IMG/VR virus record: IMGVR_UViG_3300022594_000001 | Length of the DNA stretch: 64,000 bases | Source: a virus | Lineage: Duplodnaviria > Caudoviricetes | Reading direction: 5' to 3' (one strand) | In this document: one piece after another, positions 1 to 9,602 of the stretch | Layout of the letters: each line of letters opens with the position of its first letter | Position numbering within the stretch: the first letter of the stretch is position 1 | Notes under the pieces: generated by a model | Databases searched by the model: none | Told to the model about the DNA's origin: nothing | What the model saw: only the letters and a program-made list of their open reading frames with translations | Made by a program: the position numbers and the translations under genes

Positions 1-1
1 A

Positions 2-898
2 ATTTATCCGTTCTGGAACTTAAAAGAAGGTCAAGAAGCAACTCTACGCTTCCTACCAGACGGTAATCAAGACAACACTTTTTTCTGGGTTGAACGTGCA
101 ATGATCAAATTGCCATTCGCCGGCGTTAAAGGTGAAACAGACAACAAACAAACAATCGTTCAAGTACCATGCATGGAAATGTACGGTGAAACTTGCCCAA
201 TTCTTACGGAAGTTCGTGGCTGGTTTAAGGACAAGAGTTTAGAAGATATGGGTCGTAAGTACTGGAAGAAAAAGTCTTACATTTTCCAAGGTTTTGTTGT
301 CGAAGACGGTCTTGAAGAAAAAGAAAAACCAGAAAACCCAATCCGTAGATTCATTATTGGTCCACAAATTTTCCAAAGCATTCGTGCTGCTCTAGTTGAT
401 CCAGAGTTGGAAGACTTGCCAACTGATTACGTACATGGCTTAGACTATCGTATGAAGAAAGGTAGCAAAGGCGGTTACGCTGACTACTCAACTTCAACAT
501 GGGCACGTCGCGAGCGTCCACTAAGTGATGACGAAAGTTCAGCAGTTACACAATATGGTTTGTTTAACTTGTCAGACTTCTTACCAAAGAAGCCAACTGA
601 TGTTGAATTGAAAGTTATCAAAGAGATGTTTGAAGCATCTGTTGATGGCGAACCATTTGATATGGATCGTTGGGGTCAATACTTCAAACCAGCTGGCATG
701 AGCCAGAATACAGGTGACCCACAAAAAGCATCTGCTCCTAAAGCAGCACCTGCTCCAGTAGCAAGTGATGACAATGATGATGAACCTGCTCCAGTAGCAC
801 CAGTAAAAGGTGTTAATGTTGCAAGCAGTGAAGCAGCATCAGGTGGCGACTCACGTGCCCAAGACATCTTGGCAATGATTCGTAACCGTCAGAAGTAA
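2..898 (+). CDS. T4 gp32-like ssDNA-binding protein (5'-partial)
   Basis: Frame open from base 2 (IYPFWNLKEGQEATLRFLPDG); RFLP motif, acidic/Ala-Pro C-tail, upstream of UvsX. Confidence 0.85.
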   Translation: MYPFWNLKEGQEATLRFLPDGNQDNTFFWVERAMIKLPFAGVKGETDNKQTIVQVPCMEMYGETCPILTEVRGWFKDKSLEDMGRKYWKKKSYIFQGFVVEDGLEEKEKPENPIRRFIIGPQIFQSIRAALVDPELEDLPTDYVHGLDYRMKKGSKGGYADYSTSTWARRERPLSDDESSAVTQYGLFNLSDFLPKKPTDVELKVIKEMFEASVDGEPFDMDRWGQYFKPAGMSQNTGDPQKASAPKAAPAPVASDDNDDEPAPVAPVKGVNVASSEAASGGDSRAQDILAMIRNRQK

Positions 899-906
899 GC
901 ACAGGC

Positions 907-928
907 GTAAGGGACTTCGGTCCCTTAC
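907..928 (+). other. C(UUCG)G tetraloop hairpin (stabiliser or weak terminator)
   Basis: GTAAGGGAC-TTCG-GTCCCTTAC, no long U tract. Confidence 0.7.
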
Positions 929-950
929 AATCATTTAGGAGAATTAACTT

Positions 951-2012
951 ATGGCTACAAAAGCCTTCGATTTATCAAAATTTCGTAAAACTCTGACTAA
1001 GTCCATTGATGGTCTAGGCATTGGTTTTAACGATCCTACTGATTGGGTAAGCACAGGTAACTTTGCATTAAATTATCTAATTAGTGGCGACTTTAACAAA
1101 GGTATTCCTTTGGGTAAGGTTACAGTATTTGCAGGCGAATCAGGCGCAGGCAAATCATATATTTGTTCTGGAAACATTGTTAAGAACGCACAAGAACAAG
1201 GTATTTTTGTTATCCTAGTTGATAGCGAAAATGCTCTTGATGAAAAATGGTTACACGCACTAGGCGTTGATACTAGCGAAGATAAGTTGTTAAAACTTAA
1301 TATGGCTATGATTGATGACGTTGCTAAAACTATCCACGAATTTATGGCTGAATATAAAGTAATGGATAATCGTCCTAAAGTCTTGTTTGTCATAGACAGC
1401 TTGGGTATGTTGCTTACCCCTACCGACATCAACCAGTTTGAAGCCGGAGATTTAAAAGGCGATATGGGTCGTAAACCTAAAGCACTTACAGCACTTGTTC
1501 GTAACTGTGTAAACATGTTTGGTAACTATAACGTAGGTATGGTTTGTACAAATCACACATACGCAAGCCAAGATATGTTTGACCCAGATGACAAAATTTC
1601 AGGCGGTCAAGGATTCGTTTATGCAAGTTCTATCGTAGTTGCTATGAAGAAATTGAAGTTAAAAGAAGACGAAGACGGTAACAAAGTTTCAGAAGTCAAC
1701 GGTATTCGTGCCGCTTGTAAAATTATGAAAACTCGTTATGCTAAACCGTTTGAAACATTACAAGTTAAAATCCCATATGAAACAGGTATGAATCCTTACA
1801 GTGGTTTAGTAGACTTGTGTGAAAAAGCCGGCTTGCTAAAACAAGAAGGTAATAGACTCAAGTGGGTTGACCCAGAAACAGGTGAAGAATTCAAATTCTA
1901 CCGAAAAGAATGGAAAGATGATAAATTAGATATGATAATGGAGAAATTCGATATCAGTATGACAAAAACAACAACTACCATTCCTGAGGAGACGGACGAA
2001 AATGTTGAATGA
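951..2012 (+). CDS. uvsX: RecA/UvsX recombinase
   Basis: Walker A GESGAGKS, VIDSLG Walker B, NHTY, ISGG motifs. Confidence 0.95.
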   Translation: MATKAFDLSKFRKTLTKSIDGLGIGFNDPTDWVSTGNFALNYLISGDFNKGIPLGKVTVFAGESGAGKSYICSGNIVKNAQEQGIFVILVDSENALDEKWLHALGVDTSEDKLLKLNMAMIDDVAKTIHEFMAEYKVMDNRPKVLFVIDSLGMLLTPTDINQFEAGDLKGDMGRKPKALTALVRNCVNMFGNYNVGMVCTNHTYASQDMFDPDDKISGGQGFVYASSIVVAMKKLKLKEDEDGNKVSEVNGIRAACKIMKTRYAKPFETLQVKIPYETGMNPYSGLVDLCEKAGLLKQEGNRLKWVDPETGEEFKFYRKEWKDDKLDMIMEKFDISMTKTTTTIPEETDENVE

Positions 2013-2241
2013 AACACAAATAGGTGACATCTGGATGCTTTTTGCTGATTATATTGACAAGAAGCAAATAGAAGTAGCCGCGGAGCGATATATTGATCTT
2101 TTAGCAGATTTTGGTGTTACTGATCGTGTAATGCAAAGTGCTACCGGCGTTGACGGCACATTAGATAATGCAATTGAGTATTATTTAGATGAGCCGTCGG
2201 ACGAAGACGATGACGACGATTATAAAGAATTGGAATTTTAA
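2002..2241 (+). CDS. hypothetical acidic protein
   Basis: 79-aa ORF coupled between uvsX and uvsY. Confidence 0.8.
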   Translation: MLNETQIGDIWMLFADYIDKKQIEVAAERYIDLLADFGVTDRVMQSATGVDGTLDNAIEYYLDEPSDEDDDDDYKELEF

Positions 2242-2696
2242 TGGGCTGGTATTCTAAAATATCAAAAGATATCTCACATATTCCAGATGCTGTGGATTAC
2301 TACAACGCTGAATTGCAAGCGGCAAAAGCCGAAGTCCGTATAACGGGGAATGTAGAAAGAGCTGCCGCAAGTATGCCTGGCATTGTGGAACAGAGATTCG
2401 GACAACTTCAAGAAATTGAAGCAATTTTAGAGTACCTTAACATTGAACTTCGTCGTCTAAAAAGTCAGCACTTTAGAAAATATTTAGAAAACTATCAAAG
2501 GGCACTAAGCTCTAGAGATTGTGAAAAATTTGTTGAGGGTGAAGCAGACGTAGTTGATTTTGAAAAGATTATCAACGAATTTGCTTTACTTCGCAACAAG
2601 TGGCTAGGTATTACTAAAGCATTAGACCAAAAGCAATGGCAAATAACTAACATTGTGAAGTTGCGTGTTGCTGGTATGGAAGACGCATCAATATAA
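2241..2696 (+). CDS. uvsY: UvsY recombination mediator
   Basis: Helical 151 aa, YLENYQRALSSRD-like motif, synteny with uvsX/uvsW. Confidence 0.8.
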   Translation: MGWYSKISKDISHIPDAVDYYNAELQAAKAEVRITGNVERAAASMPGIVEQRFGQLQEIEAILEYLNIELRRLKSQHFRKYLENYQRALSSRDCEKFVEGEADVVDFEKIINEFALLRNKWLGITKALDQKQWQITNIVKLRVAGMEDASI

Positions 2697-2719
2697 TCAA
2701 TTTAGCCAAACGGTACACT

Positions 2720-2753
2720 ATAGGCCTTAAATAATAATGAGGCCTATTTTTTT
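2720..2753 (+). terminator. Rho-independent terminator
   Basis: ATAGGCCT..AGGCCTAT stem then T7. Confidence 0.8.
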
Positions 2754-2763
2754 GTCTAAGTTG

Positions 2764-2792
2764 TTGACATTACAAACCTTAATCTATATAAT
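2764..2792 (+). promoter_or_regulatory. sigma70-type promoter, leaderless start
   Basis: TTGACA-17-TATAAT, ATG 6 nt downstream. Confidence 0.85.
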
Positions 2793-2798
2793 AGAAAC

Positions 2799-3989
2799 AT
2801 GAAGACTGCTGACAAACTACTTAACGTTTTAGTAAAAAATCATAGCGAGAATCTCAACAATTCTTTGCCGTATAAGGATGCACGAATTTTACATAGCTTG
2901 TGTAAGAGCATTAACGGTGATACTTTTATTACTGAAAATCAAGCAAAGCTGTTAATTAAAATTTTTAAAGAAAATCAAAAGGTATTAAAAGTGCTTGACG
3001 ATGAATTTGCAGATATAGTTGCTGATCCTACGTGGTCTCAACCATTTCGTCCTCAGGACACAACTAAAAAAGTATACATTGGAAAAATCAATGATGATGC
3101 TGAAGCCATTGTCATCGAATTTGCATATTCTTCCTCTATTCGCAAAAAAGTGCAGTCACTAACAAAGACTGTTTCCGGAATGGCCCAGGTACAAAGTGGC
3201 AAAATGTTTTATGCCGACTTCACTGAAAAGAACATTGTTACTATTGTTGACGAGCTTAAAGAATTTAATTTTGTTATCGAAGAAAGAGTGAAAAATTTCT
3301 ACGATACCATCAAATCTTGGGACAAAAATGTGGTAAGGGATCAGTTCCTATTAACGAACATTGTACACGATACCTTCCAAAAACAAATTACTGCAGACCT
3401 CGGTATTGACACTGCGATTGATCAAACCATCATTTCTGACCGTAGTAACCGGTATCAATATTTTACCGAAAAAACCGAAAAAAATCCGGAAAATTTGACT
3501 GAAAAAATTGCCTTACGAAATTCATCTAAAATTTGGATTGACAAGAATGCCACACCACTTGAAGAAATTTTTGAAAGTTTAACTGAACTAAAAAGATTAC
3601 CAGCACTTATTGTCTTTGACTCATTCGACTCAAAAGCATGTTCAAAAGAAATGGTAAAAATCAGTGAAATTTTGGAAAAAAATGGAATTTTTGACGACGT
3701 TGGAATTTACTTCAGATTGAACAACGATGAGAGTGGAAAAGTTTTTAATGACCTTATTAAAGATAAAAAGTATAATTGTAAGTTAACATCTACTACAAAA
3801 ATTGTAGGTGTGCAAAGCGGAAAAATTCCTAAATTTTTGTTAAAAACTGACTGGAAACCAATGAGTGTAATTTCAATTGGTACAGTACTAAGGCATAGCA
3901 AAACGGCAGTGTACGCCAACTGTTGTGATTTAATTATATCGTACACAGACAAGGAACCGATAATCGAGCCAAAAATGATATGGGAATAA
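2799..3989 (+). CDS. hypothetical protein
   Basis: 396-aa ORF overlapping uvsW start. Confidence 0.85.
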   Translation: MKTADKLLNVLVKNHSENLNNSLPYKDARILHSLCKSINGDTFITENQAKLLIKIFKENQKVLKVLDDEFADIVADPTWSQPFRPQDTTKKVYIGKINDDAEAIVIEFAYSSSIRKKVQSLTKTVSGMAQVQSGKMFYADFTEKNIVTIVDELKEFNFVIEERVKNFYDTIKSWDKNVVRDQFLLTNIVHDTFQKQITADLGIDTAIDQTIISDRSNRYQYFTEKTEKNPENLTEKIALRNSSKIWIDKNATPLEEIFESLTELKRLPALIVFDSFDSKACSKEMVKISEILEKNGIFDDVGIYFRLNNDESGKVFNDLIKDKKYNCKLTSTTKIVGVQSGKIPKFLLKTDWKPMSVISIGTVLRHSKTAVYANCCDLIISYTDKEPIIEPKMIWE

Positions 3990-5449
3990 AATTAATAATA
4001 AAAGATGAAGTAAACATCAAATTTGAAGGTCTTTCGCTTGATGCTCGTAAAAAATTAGCTAATACATTTAAGTATGAAGATCCAACTGCAAGGTACCGCC
4101 CGGCATTTAAATTAGGACGCTGGGACGGGACAACTAGTATGTTTGGACTAGGTGGTAACGGTTATTTAAACCAGTTAAAAAAGTGTTTCGAAATACTTAG
4201 TGACCTAGATATTGATATTGACGAAGTAGATGATTTAAGAAAACCTGTAAAAATTGAATTTGAAGAAGTTAAAAATAGTTATTGGGCGGATCTAGGTAAA
4301 GTGTGGCCGGAAGGACATAGATTTGCAGGACAACCTATAATGTTACGTGACGATCAGGTTGAAGTTGTTAACAGATTTTTCACAAATACGCAGGCATTAC
4401 AAGAAGTAGCAACAGGCGCCGGCAAAACAATTATGACTGCTACTCTAGCTCACTGTGCTGAGAAATACGGTCGTACTGTTACTATTGTTCCTAACAAAGA
4501 CTTAGTTACACAAACAGAAGAAGATTTTATCAACGTTGGTTTAGACGTGGGTGTTTATTTTGGTGATCGTAAAATGACTGGACATAAGCATACTATTTGT
4601 ACTTGGCAAAGTCTAAACGTGCTAGATAAGAAATCTAAAAACTGGGATGCAGAGTTAGCACTAACATTAGCAGAATTTTTAGAAGATGTAGAAACTGTTA
4701 TTGTTGACGAAGTGCATATGGCTAAGGCAAATGTATTGCAAGCACTACTTACGCAAAACTTAAGAAATGCTCCCATTCGTTGGGGATTAACAGGAACTGT
4801 ACCAAAAGATGAATTTGAGTCAGCACCAATTTTTGCAAGCATTGGACCAGTTGTAGGCGGCATTAAAGCACACGAATTACAGGACTTAGGTGTATTAAGT
4901 AATTTACAAATTCAAATATTACAACTAATAGACTTACCAGAATTTAAGTCATACTCGGAAGAATTAAAGTACCTAGTTACTAATAAAGAACGTATGACAT
5001 ACTTGGCAAATTTAATCAAAGGCATAGCGGATACAGGCAATACATTAATCCTAGTTAACAGGATTGATACAGGCAAATTTTTAACAGAACTAATACCAGA
5101 AGCAGCATTTATTTCGGGTGAAGTTAAGGGAACAAAGAGAAAAGAGGAGTACAAAGAACATGCAGTCAATGATAACAAGATCACTGTGGCGACTTTTGGT
5201 GTGGCCGCTGTGGGTATTAATATTCCTCGTATTTTTAATTTGGTTCTTCTTGAGCCCGGAAAGAGCTTTGTCCGCGTTATACAAAGTATTGGGCGAGGCA
5301 TTAGAAAAGCAGAAGATAAAGACTTCGTACAAATATGGGACGTTACGTCCACGTGTAAGTATGCGAAGCGTCACCTCACCCAGAGGAAGAAATTTTACAA
5401 GGATGCCAAATATCCCTTCTCGATTGAGAAAGTGGACTGGCAAAAATAA
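3980..5449 (+). CDS. uvsW: UvsW-like SF2 helicase
   Basis: ATGAGKT, DEVH, GLTGT, QSIGRGIR motifs. Confidence 0.92.
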   Translation: MGIKLIIKDEVNIKFEGLSLDARKKLANTFKYEDPTARYRPAFKLGRWDGTTSMFGLGGNGYLNQLKKCFEILSDLDIDIDEVDDLRKPVKIEFEEVKNSYWADLGKVWPEGHRFAGQPIMLRDDQVEVVNRFFTNTQALQEVATGAGKTIMTATLAHCAEKYGRTVTIVPNKDLVTQTEEDFINVGLDVGVYFGDRKMTGHKHTICTWQSLNVLDKKSKNWDAELALTLAEFLEDVETVIVDEVHMAKANVLQALLTQNLRNAPIRWGLTGTVPKDEFESAPIFASIGPVVGGIKAHELQDLGVLSNLQIQILQLIDLPEFKSYSEELKYLVTNKERMTYLANLIKGIADTGNTLILVNRIDTGKFLTELIPEAAFISGEVKGTKRKEEYKEHAVNDNKITVATFGVAAVGINIPRIFNLVLLEPGKSFVRVIQSIGRGIRKAEDKDFVQIWDVTSTCKYAKRHLTQRKKFYKDAKYPFSIEKVDWQK

Positions 5450-5454
5450 GGATT

Positions 5455-5961
5455 ATGCAGATACTAACATTAGATAACAAGACATTCGATTTAAACAATT
5501 TACCAGACGAAGTAGATGACAATACTAGGTTTGCCGTACTAGATAACAGTACACCTAGTGAACCAGATTTTTTCTTTCAACCACTGATATTTTTAGAGTC
5601 ATTTAACGCACCGGCAATGGTATTAAGAATCGGTGATGACGAAGTTACAATGCCCATTGATTGGAGCATTGCTGTAGGGGATAGTACTGCTGCTAGCGAT
5701 ATTGAAATTTTACCGTTAACTAGTTTAAACGACAGGGGATTTGAAGCATTAGTTTTTAACCCACTAAGTTCATTTAGAGTTGAATTTAAAAAGATTCAAA
5801 TTGTAAATTTTTACAATGACGTTAAATGGTATTTTCCTAAAATGAAAAACGGGCATTTATTATCAGTCCCGACCCGCATGGGGGATAAACCACCATGCGC
5901 ATACTTTGTTAAAGAAATTAGTAGACAAAGCGAAATTATTCAATTAGATAAGTTATTATGA
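5455..5961 (+). CDS. hypothetical protein
   Basis: 168-aa ORF in operon. Confidence 0.8.
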   Translation: MQILTLDNKTFDLNNLPDEVDDNTRFAVLDNSTPSEPDFFFQPLIFLESFNAPAMVLRIGDDEVTMPIDWSIAVGDSTAASDIEILPLTSLNDRGFEALVFNPLSSFRVEFKKIQIVNFYNDVKWYFPKMKNGHLLSVPTRMGDKPPCAYFVKEISRQSEIIQLDKLL

Positions 5962-6536
5962 TTGCTAATGTTTTATATGCTGTTCCAATTTGGGATATAA
6001 CGTATCCTGATTTTGCGTTTGAGAAAGATTCTCTTATTAGAGACTTTAAAGATTATTTAAAAGATAATCCTACGGAAATTCGATCAAATGTTAACGGACA
6101 GCATAGTAAAACATTACTCCACGAAGACTTTAGATTTAAAAAGTTGTTTGATTACATTACATTCGTATGTAATGAAGCTGCGGATTCTATCGGATTAGAC
6201 AAGAATCTGCGTGTTATGGAATCATGGGTTAATATTAATAATACACCCGGTGCGTTCAATCTCCAACATATACACGGAGGAGTAGTATCTGGAATTTTCT
6301 ATGTACAAGTTCCTAAAGGCAGTGGAAATTTATATCTGTCTAATCCGGCTCCTATAAACTTATGGGAGGGATTAAATAATGCCTATGAACGCAATGAGTA
6401 TTCTGGGGAGACAAGGGAAGTGCATCCTATAGAAGGTACAATCCTTATGTTTCCAAGTTACTTGCCACATAGTGTTGGCCCTAACACATCAGAAGTTGAA
6501 CGCATATCAGTGGCATTTAATACTACAAGGAAATAA
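5958..6536 (+). CDS. 2OG-Fe(II) oxygenase (TIGR02466-like)
   Basis: SWVN, HxH (QHIHGG), FPSYLPHSV, RISVAFN. Confidence 0.85.
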   Translation: MIANVLYAVPIWDITYPDFAFEKDSLIRDFKDYLKDNPTEIRSNVNGQHSKTLLHEDFRFKKLFDYITFVCNEAADSIGLDKNLRVMESWVNINNTPGAFNLQHIHGGVVSGIFYVQVPKGSGNLYLSNPAPINLWEGLNNAYERNEYSGETREVHPIEGTILMFPSYLPHSVGPNTSEVERISVAFNTTRK

Positions 6537-6537
6537 T

Positions 6538-6819
6538 ATGGGGAGTCTTAAACCGGGTGCTAAACTCGTATACGAACGTGCAGACAATGTAGTTTATTCT
6601 AGAGAATTTGGGTCAGACCCTAGCTCACGACAAGTTGTAGGTTGGGACTACGATCCTGAAAATCCACTATTTGATCCAAAGGCTGAAGGTAAAAAAGAAC
6701 TAGACGAACATAACGAATGGATAAGAATTCGACTAGAAGCAAAAACCAATCCTGCTTTACAAAAGGCAGTGGATCGTGTTATAATGATATACAAATTAAG
6801 TAAGGACAAATTACCATGA
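6538..6819 (+). CDS. hypothetical protein
   Basis: MGSLKPGAKLVYERAD; start moved to ATG just after previous stop. Confidence 0.75.
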   Translation: MGSLKPGAKLVYERADNVVYSREFGSDPSSRQVVGWDYDPENPLFDPKAEGKKELDEHNEWIRIRLEAKTNPALQKAVDRVIMIYKLSKDKLP

Positions 6820-7469
6820 CATTGAAAGTTGCATACTTTCAGCCAACTATAATGGCTATTGATCAAATTCCCCCGATCGAATTTAGCAAAATATACACGC
6901 TGGCAAATGAGATACATCAGCATTCAGAATTACATGATGCAGCAAATCCTTTTCTAAATATTAGAGGAGGACAGCAAATTCAAGTGTATCCTAATAAAAT
7001 AAATCTTGATGTTAACTGGCTAGTAAGTTACTTAGAAACATTGTGTCAAGGTTATATGGAACTTGTAACTGCGCAAAGCGGTGCTGAAGATTTAAAACTT
7101 TGCAAACCACAAGTTATTAGTATATGGTCCATTAGACAAAAACAAGGTGACTATCAAGAAATGCACAGTCATCCAGCTGGACATATAAGTGGCAACATGT
7201 ATGTTACAGTTCCTGAATATGAAGACGGTAGTAATCCGACAGATGGACAAATTGCATTTAAAATGCCCTTTACTAAAGATGTTAGTAAATTTATTTTAAA
7301 TGATACATGGAAGAATCAACCCCAAGCAGGCAGTATAATGGTTTTTCCAAGTCATATTCCACATACAGTTTATCCGTGGAAAGGCAACGGATACAGAACT
7401 GTGCTTTCCTTTGATGCTATACTAAGACCAAAGGATGATTTGCTACCACCGGAGTTTAGAAATGGGTAA
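6816..7469 (+). CDS. 2OG-Fe(II) oxygenase
   Basis: HSHPAG, FPSHIPHTV, RTVLSFD. Confidence 0.85.
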   Translation: MTLKVAYFQPTIMAIDQIPPIEFSKIYTLANEIHQHSELHDAANPFLNIRGGQQIQVYPNKINLDVNWLVSYLETLCQGYMELVTAQSGAEDLKLCKPQVISIWSIRQKQGDYQEMHSHPAGHISGNMYVTVPEYEDGSNPTDGQIAFKMPFTKDVSKFILNDTWKNQPQAGSIMVFPSHIPHTVYPWKGNGYRTVLSFDAILRPKDDLLPPEFRNG

Positions 7470-7947
7470 GAATAAGCACGTTGATTTATTTAACGATATG
7501 ATACCCGCAGTTGATATGAATGTCAAAGAACTGTGGGATGCCGTTACGGACGAAGGACGTAAAGAAATTAAAGGTGACTTGTGGAATCTTACCAGGTATA
7601 TCAGTAACGTAGACTCAACAAATGTGGAAGTACAGCAGCATTATGTGTTAACAGTAAACGAATACTATAATAAGCATTGGAACTTGCTACAAAAGAATCA
7701 TCCAAAGTTATTGTGGTTGTTATTGTGTATGTGTAATTATGACGGTAAGACTAAATTTTTTCATAAATGGCTTCCTTTGTCAAAAACTCCAGTAGACAAG
7801 AAAACAAGATTCTTAATGGAGATATACCCAGATATGAAAGCAGACGAAATAGAATTGCTTGCTAAAATTAACACAGATAAAGAAATCAAAGAACTTGCTC
7901 GACAGCACGGTATGGATGACGCTACTATTGCAAAGAAATTTAAATGA
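7462..7947 (+). CDS. putative clamp-loader small subunit (gp62-like)
   Basis: Size, position in replication module, helical pattern; weak motif recognition. Confidence 0.45.
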   Translation: MGKNKHVDLFNDMIPAVDMNVKELWDAVTDEGRKEIKGDLWNLTRYISNVDSTNVEVQQHYVLTVNEYYNKHWNLLQKNHPKLLWLLLCMCNYDGKTKFFHKWLPLSKTPVDKKTRFLMEIYPDMKADEIELLAKINTDKEIKELARQHGMDDATIAKKFK

Positions 7948-8639
7948 TGAATTTAACTGGAACTACATCTTTTACTTGTCAGTATTGTAATCACAAATTT
8001 ACTAAAGAAAAAACTTTAGCAGTGCATGTTTGTGAGCAAAAACGAAGAGCACTTGCACGTACAGAAAGGCATGTAGTACTAGGATATGACACCTATAATA
8101 AATTTTATAAACTCACTCAAAACTCCAAAGGTGACAAAAGTTATGACGATTTTGCTCGAAGTCCTTACTATAATGCTTTTGTTAAGTTTGGTAGCTTTGT
8201 TAGCAATGTCAATCCCTTATATCCAGATAGATTCATTCACTATGTTATTACTTCTGGGGTCAAGTTAGATCATTGGTGTCGAGACGAATTGTACGACAAG
8301 TATGTTGTAGATTTAGTTAAAACTGAAACAGTAGAAACTGCTCTCGAACGCAGTATTAAACATATGATGGATTGGGGAGAAGCAAACAATGCTCCGTGGA
8401 ACCATTATTTCTTATATGTTAGTTTAAGTCGAGCAACGTATGATATTAAAGATGGCAAGATTAGTCCTTGGTTTTTATTAAACTCTAGTAACGGAAAATC
8501 ACTACTGAAGAAATTGAACGATGAACAACTCAGTGCAATAAACAGCATTATGGATGTACCATTCTGGTTTAACAAATTTAAAAAACTTCCAGCTGATGTT
8601 GAACTTGTTAAACAAGTTGTCAAGGAGAGTAATATATAA
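7944..8639 (+). CDS. C2H2-like zinc-finger protein
   Basis: CQYCNHKFTKEKTLAVHVC at N-terminus. Confidence 0.7.
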   Translation: MMNLTGTTSFTCQYCNHKFTKEKTLAVHVCEQKRRALARTERHVVLGYDTYNKFYKLTQNSKGDKSYDDFARSPYYNAFVKFGSFVSNVNPLYPDRFIHYVITSGVKLDHWCRDELYDKYVVDLVKTETVETALERSIKHMMDWGEANNAPWNHYFLYVSLSRATYDIKDGKISPWFLLNSSNGKSLLKKLNDEQLSAINSIMDVPFWFNKFKKLPADVELVKQVVKESNI

Positions 8640-9205
8640 TGCCAGATATCGATATAGACTTTGCAAATAGAAAAAAAGCACTTGAAAAGTTCAAGCACGT
8701 TGCTGCTTCCATTGAAGAAAATGGTAATTTTAAAAAGCACAATACTGGCGTGTATTGTACTTCTATCCCGTACAACCCAATTACTGGTTCAAGTACTATT
8801 GATTATAAATTGGCAGAAAAAAGGGGATATTTTAAACTCGATTTCCTCAACGTAAGTGTGTACGAAGGCGTTATAAGTAAACAGCATCTAAATTCTTTGA
8901 TGCAAATGGAGCCTTTATGGGACTTACTGGAACAGGACGAATTCACAGATATGCTATTTCATGTGAATGGGCACGGGGACATTTTGAGAAAAATGAAACC
9001 AAGATCGATCGAGCAATTGGCTGCGGTATTGGCGATGATTCGCCCTGCAAAACGCCACTTGATAGGGAAAGATTGGAACGACGTGAACAGCGAAGTTTGG
9101 CTGAAACCAGAAGGCGATGAATATTATTTTAAAAAGGCACATGCAATTGCGTATGCGCATGTGGTAGTTGTACAAATGAATTTAATCTGTGAAGGATTAA
9201 ATTAA
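8639..9205 (+). CDS. miniature DnaE (Pol III alpha)-like protein
   Basis: PDIDIDF, HNTGVY, KLDFL, YFKKAHAIAY motifs in 188 aa. Confidence 0.8.
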   Translation: MPDIDIDFANRKKALEKFKHVAASIEENGNFKKHNTGVYCTSIPYNPITGSSTIDYKLAEKRGYFKLDFLNVSVYEGVISKQHLNSLMQMEPLWDLLEQDEFTDMLFHVNGHGDILRKMKPRSIEQLAAVLAMIRPAKRHLIGKDWNDVNSEVWLKPEGDEYYFKKAHAIAYAHVVVVQMNLICEGLN

Positions 9206-9576
9206 CGTCCTTTTCTAACTAGCTGTACAGACTTACGTTTTACACGTTTAAGCGTTAAATTCATTAGGTTAACTACTGGCCCTAACACAATGCGAACATC
9301 CTTGCTGTTGAACGTTTTAACAGCATACGCAAATGGTGTTACTTGGTCTCTACAAAAAATATTGATAGGAAATTGACGATTACTTTCCCACCACCAAGTT
9401 TCTCCTACCTCTAAAAATGCCGTTTTTTCCTCGGGAGTACGTATGGCATTTAAATCATAGAAGCTGGTTACAAATTGGTCTTGGTTAATAATAATGCCTA
9501 TATATTCTTCGCCGCCGTAGTTAATTACGCTTATAAACGGTAAATTTTGTTCTATGTTGTCTCTTAGTTTTGCCAT
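9202..9576 (-). CDS. hypothetical protein
   Basis: MAKLRDNIEQ start, convergent with mini-DnaE. Confidence 0.75.
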   Translation of the reverse strand: MAKLRDNIEQNLPFISVINYGGEEYIGIIINQDQFVTSFYDLNAIRTPEEKTAFLEVGETWWWESNRQFPINIFCRDQVTPFAYAVKTFNSKDVRIVLGPVVNLMNLTLKRVKRKSVQLVRKGR

Positions 9577-9602
9577 AAATACATTAATAAAGGTTTGCCA
9601 GA

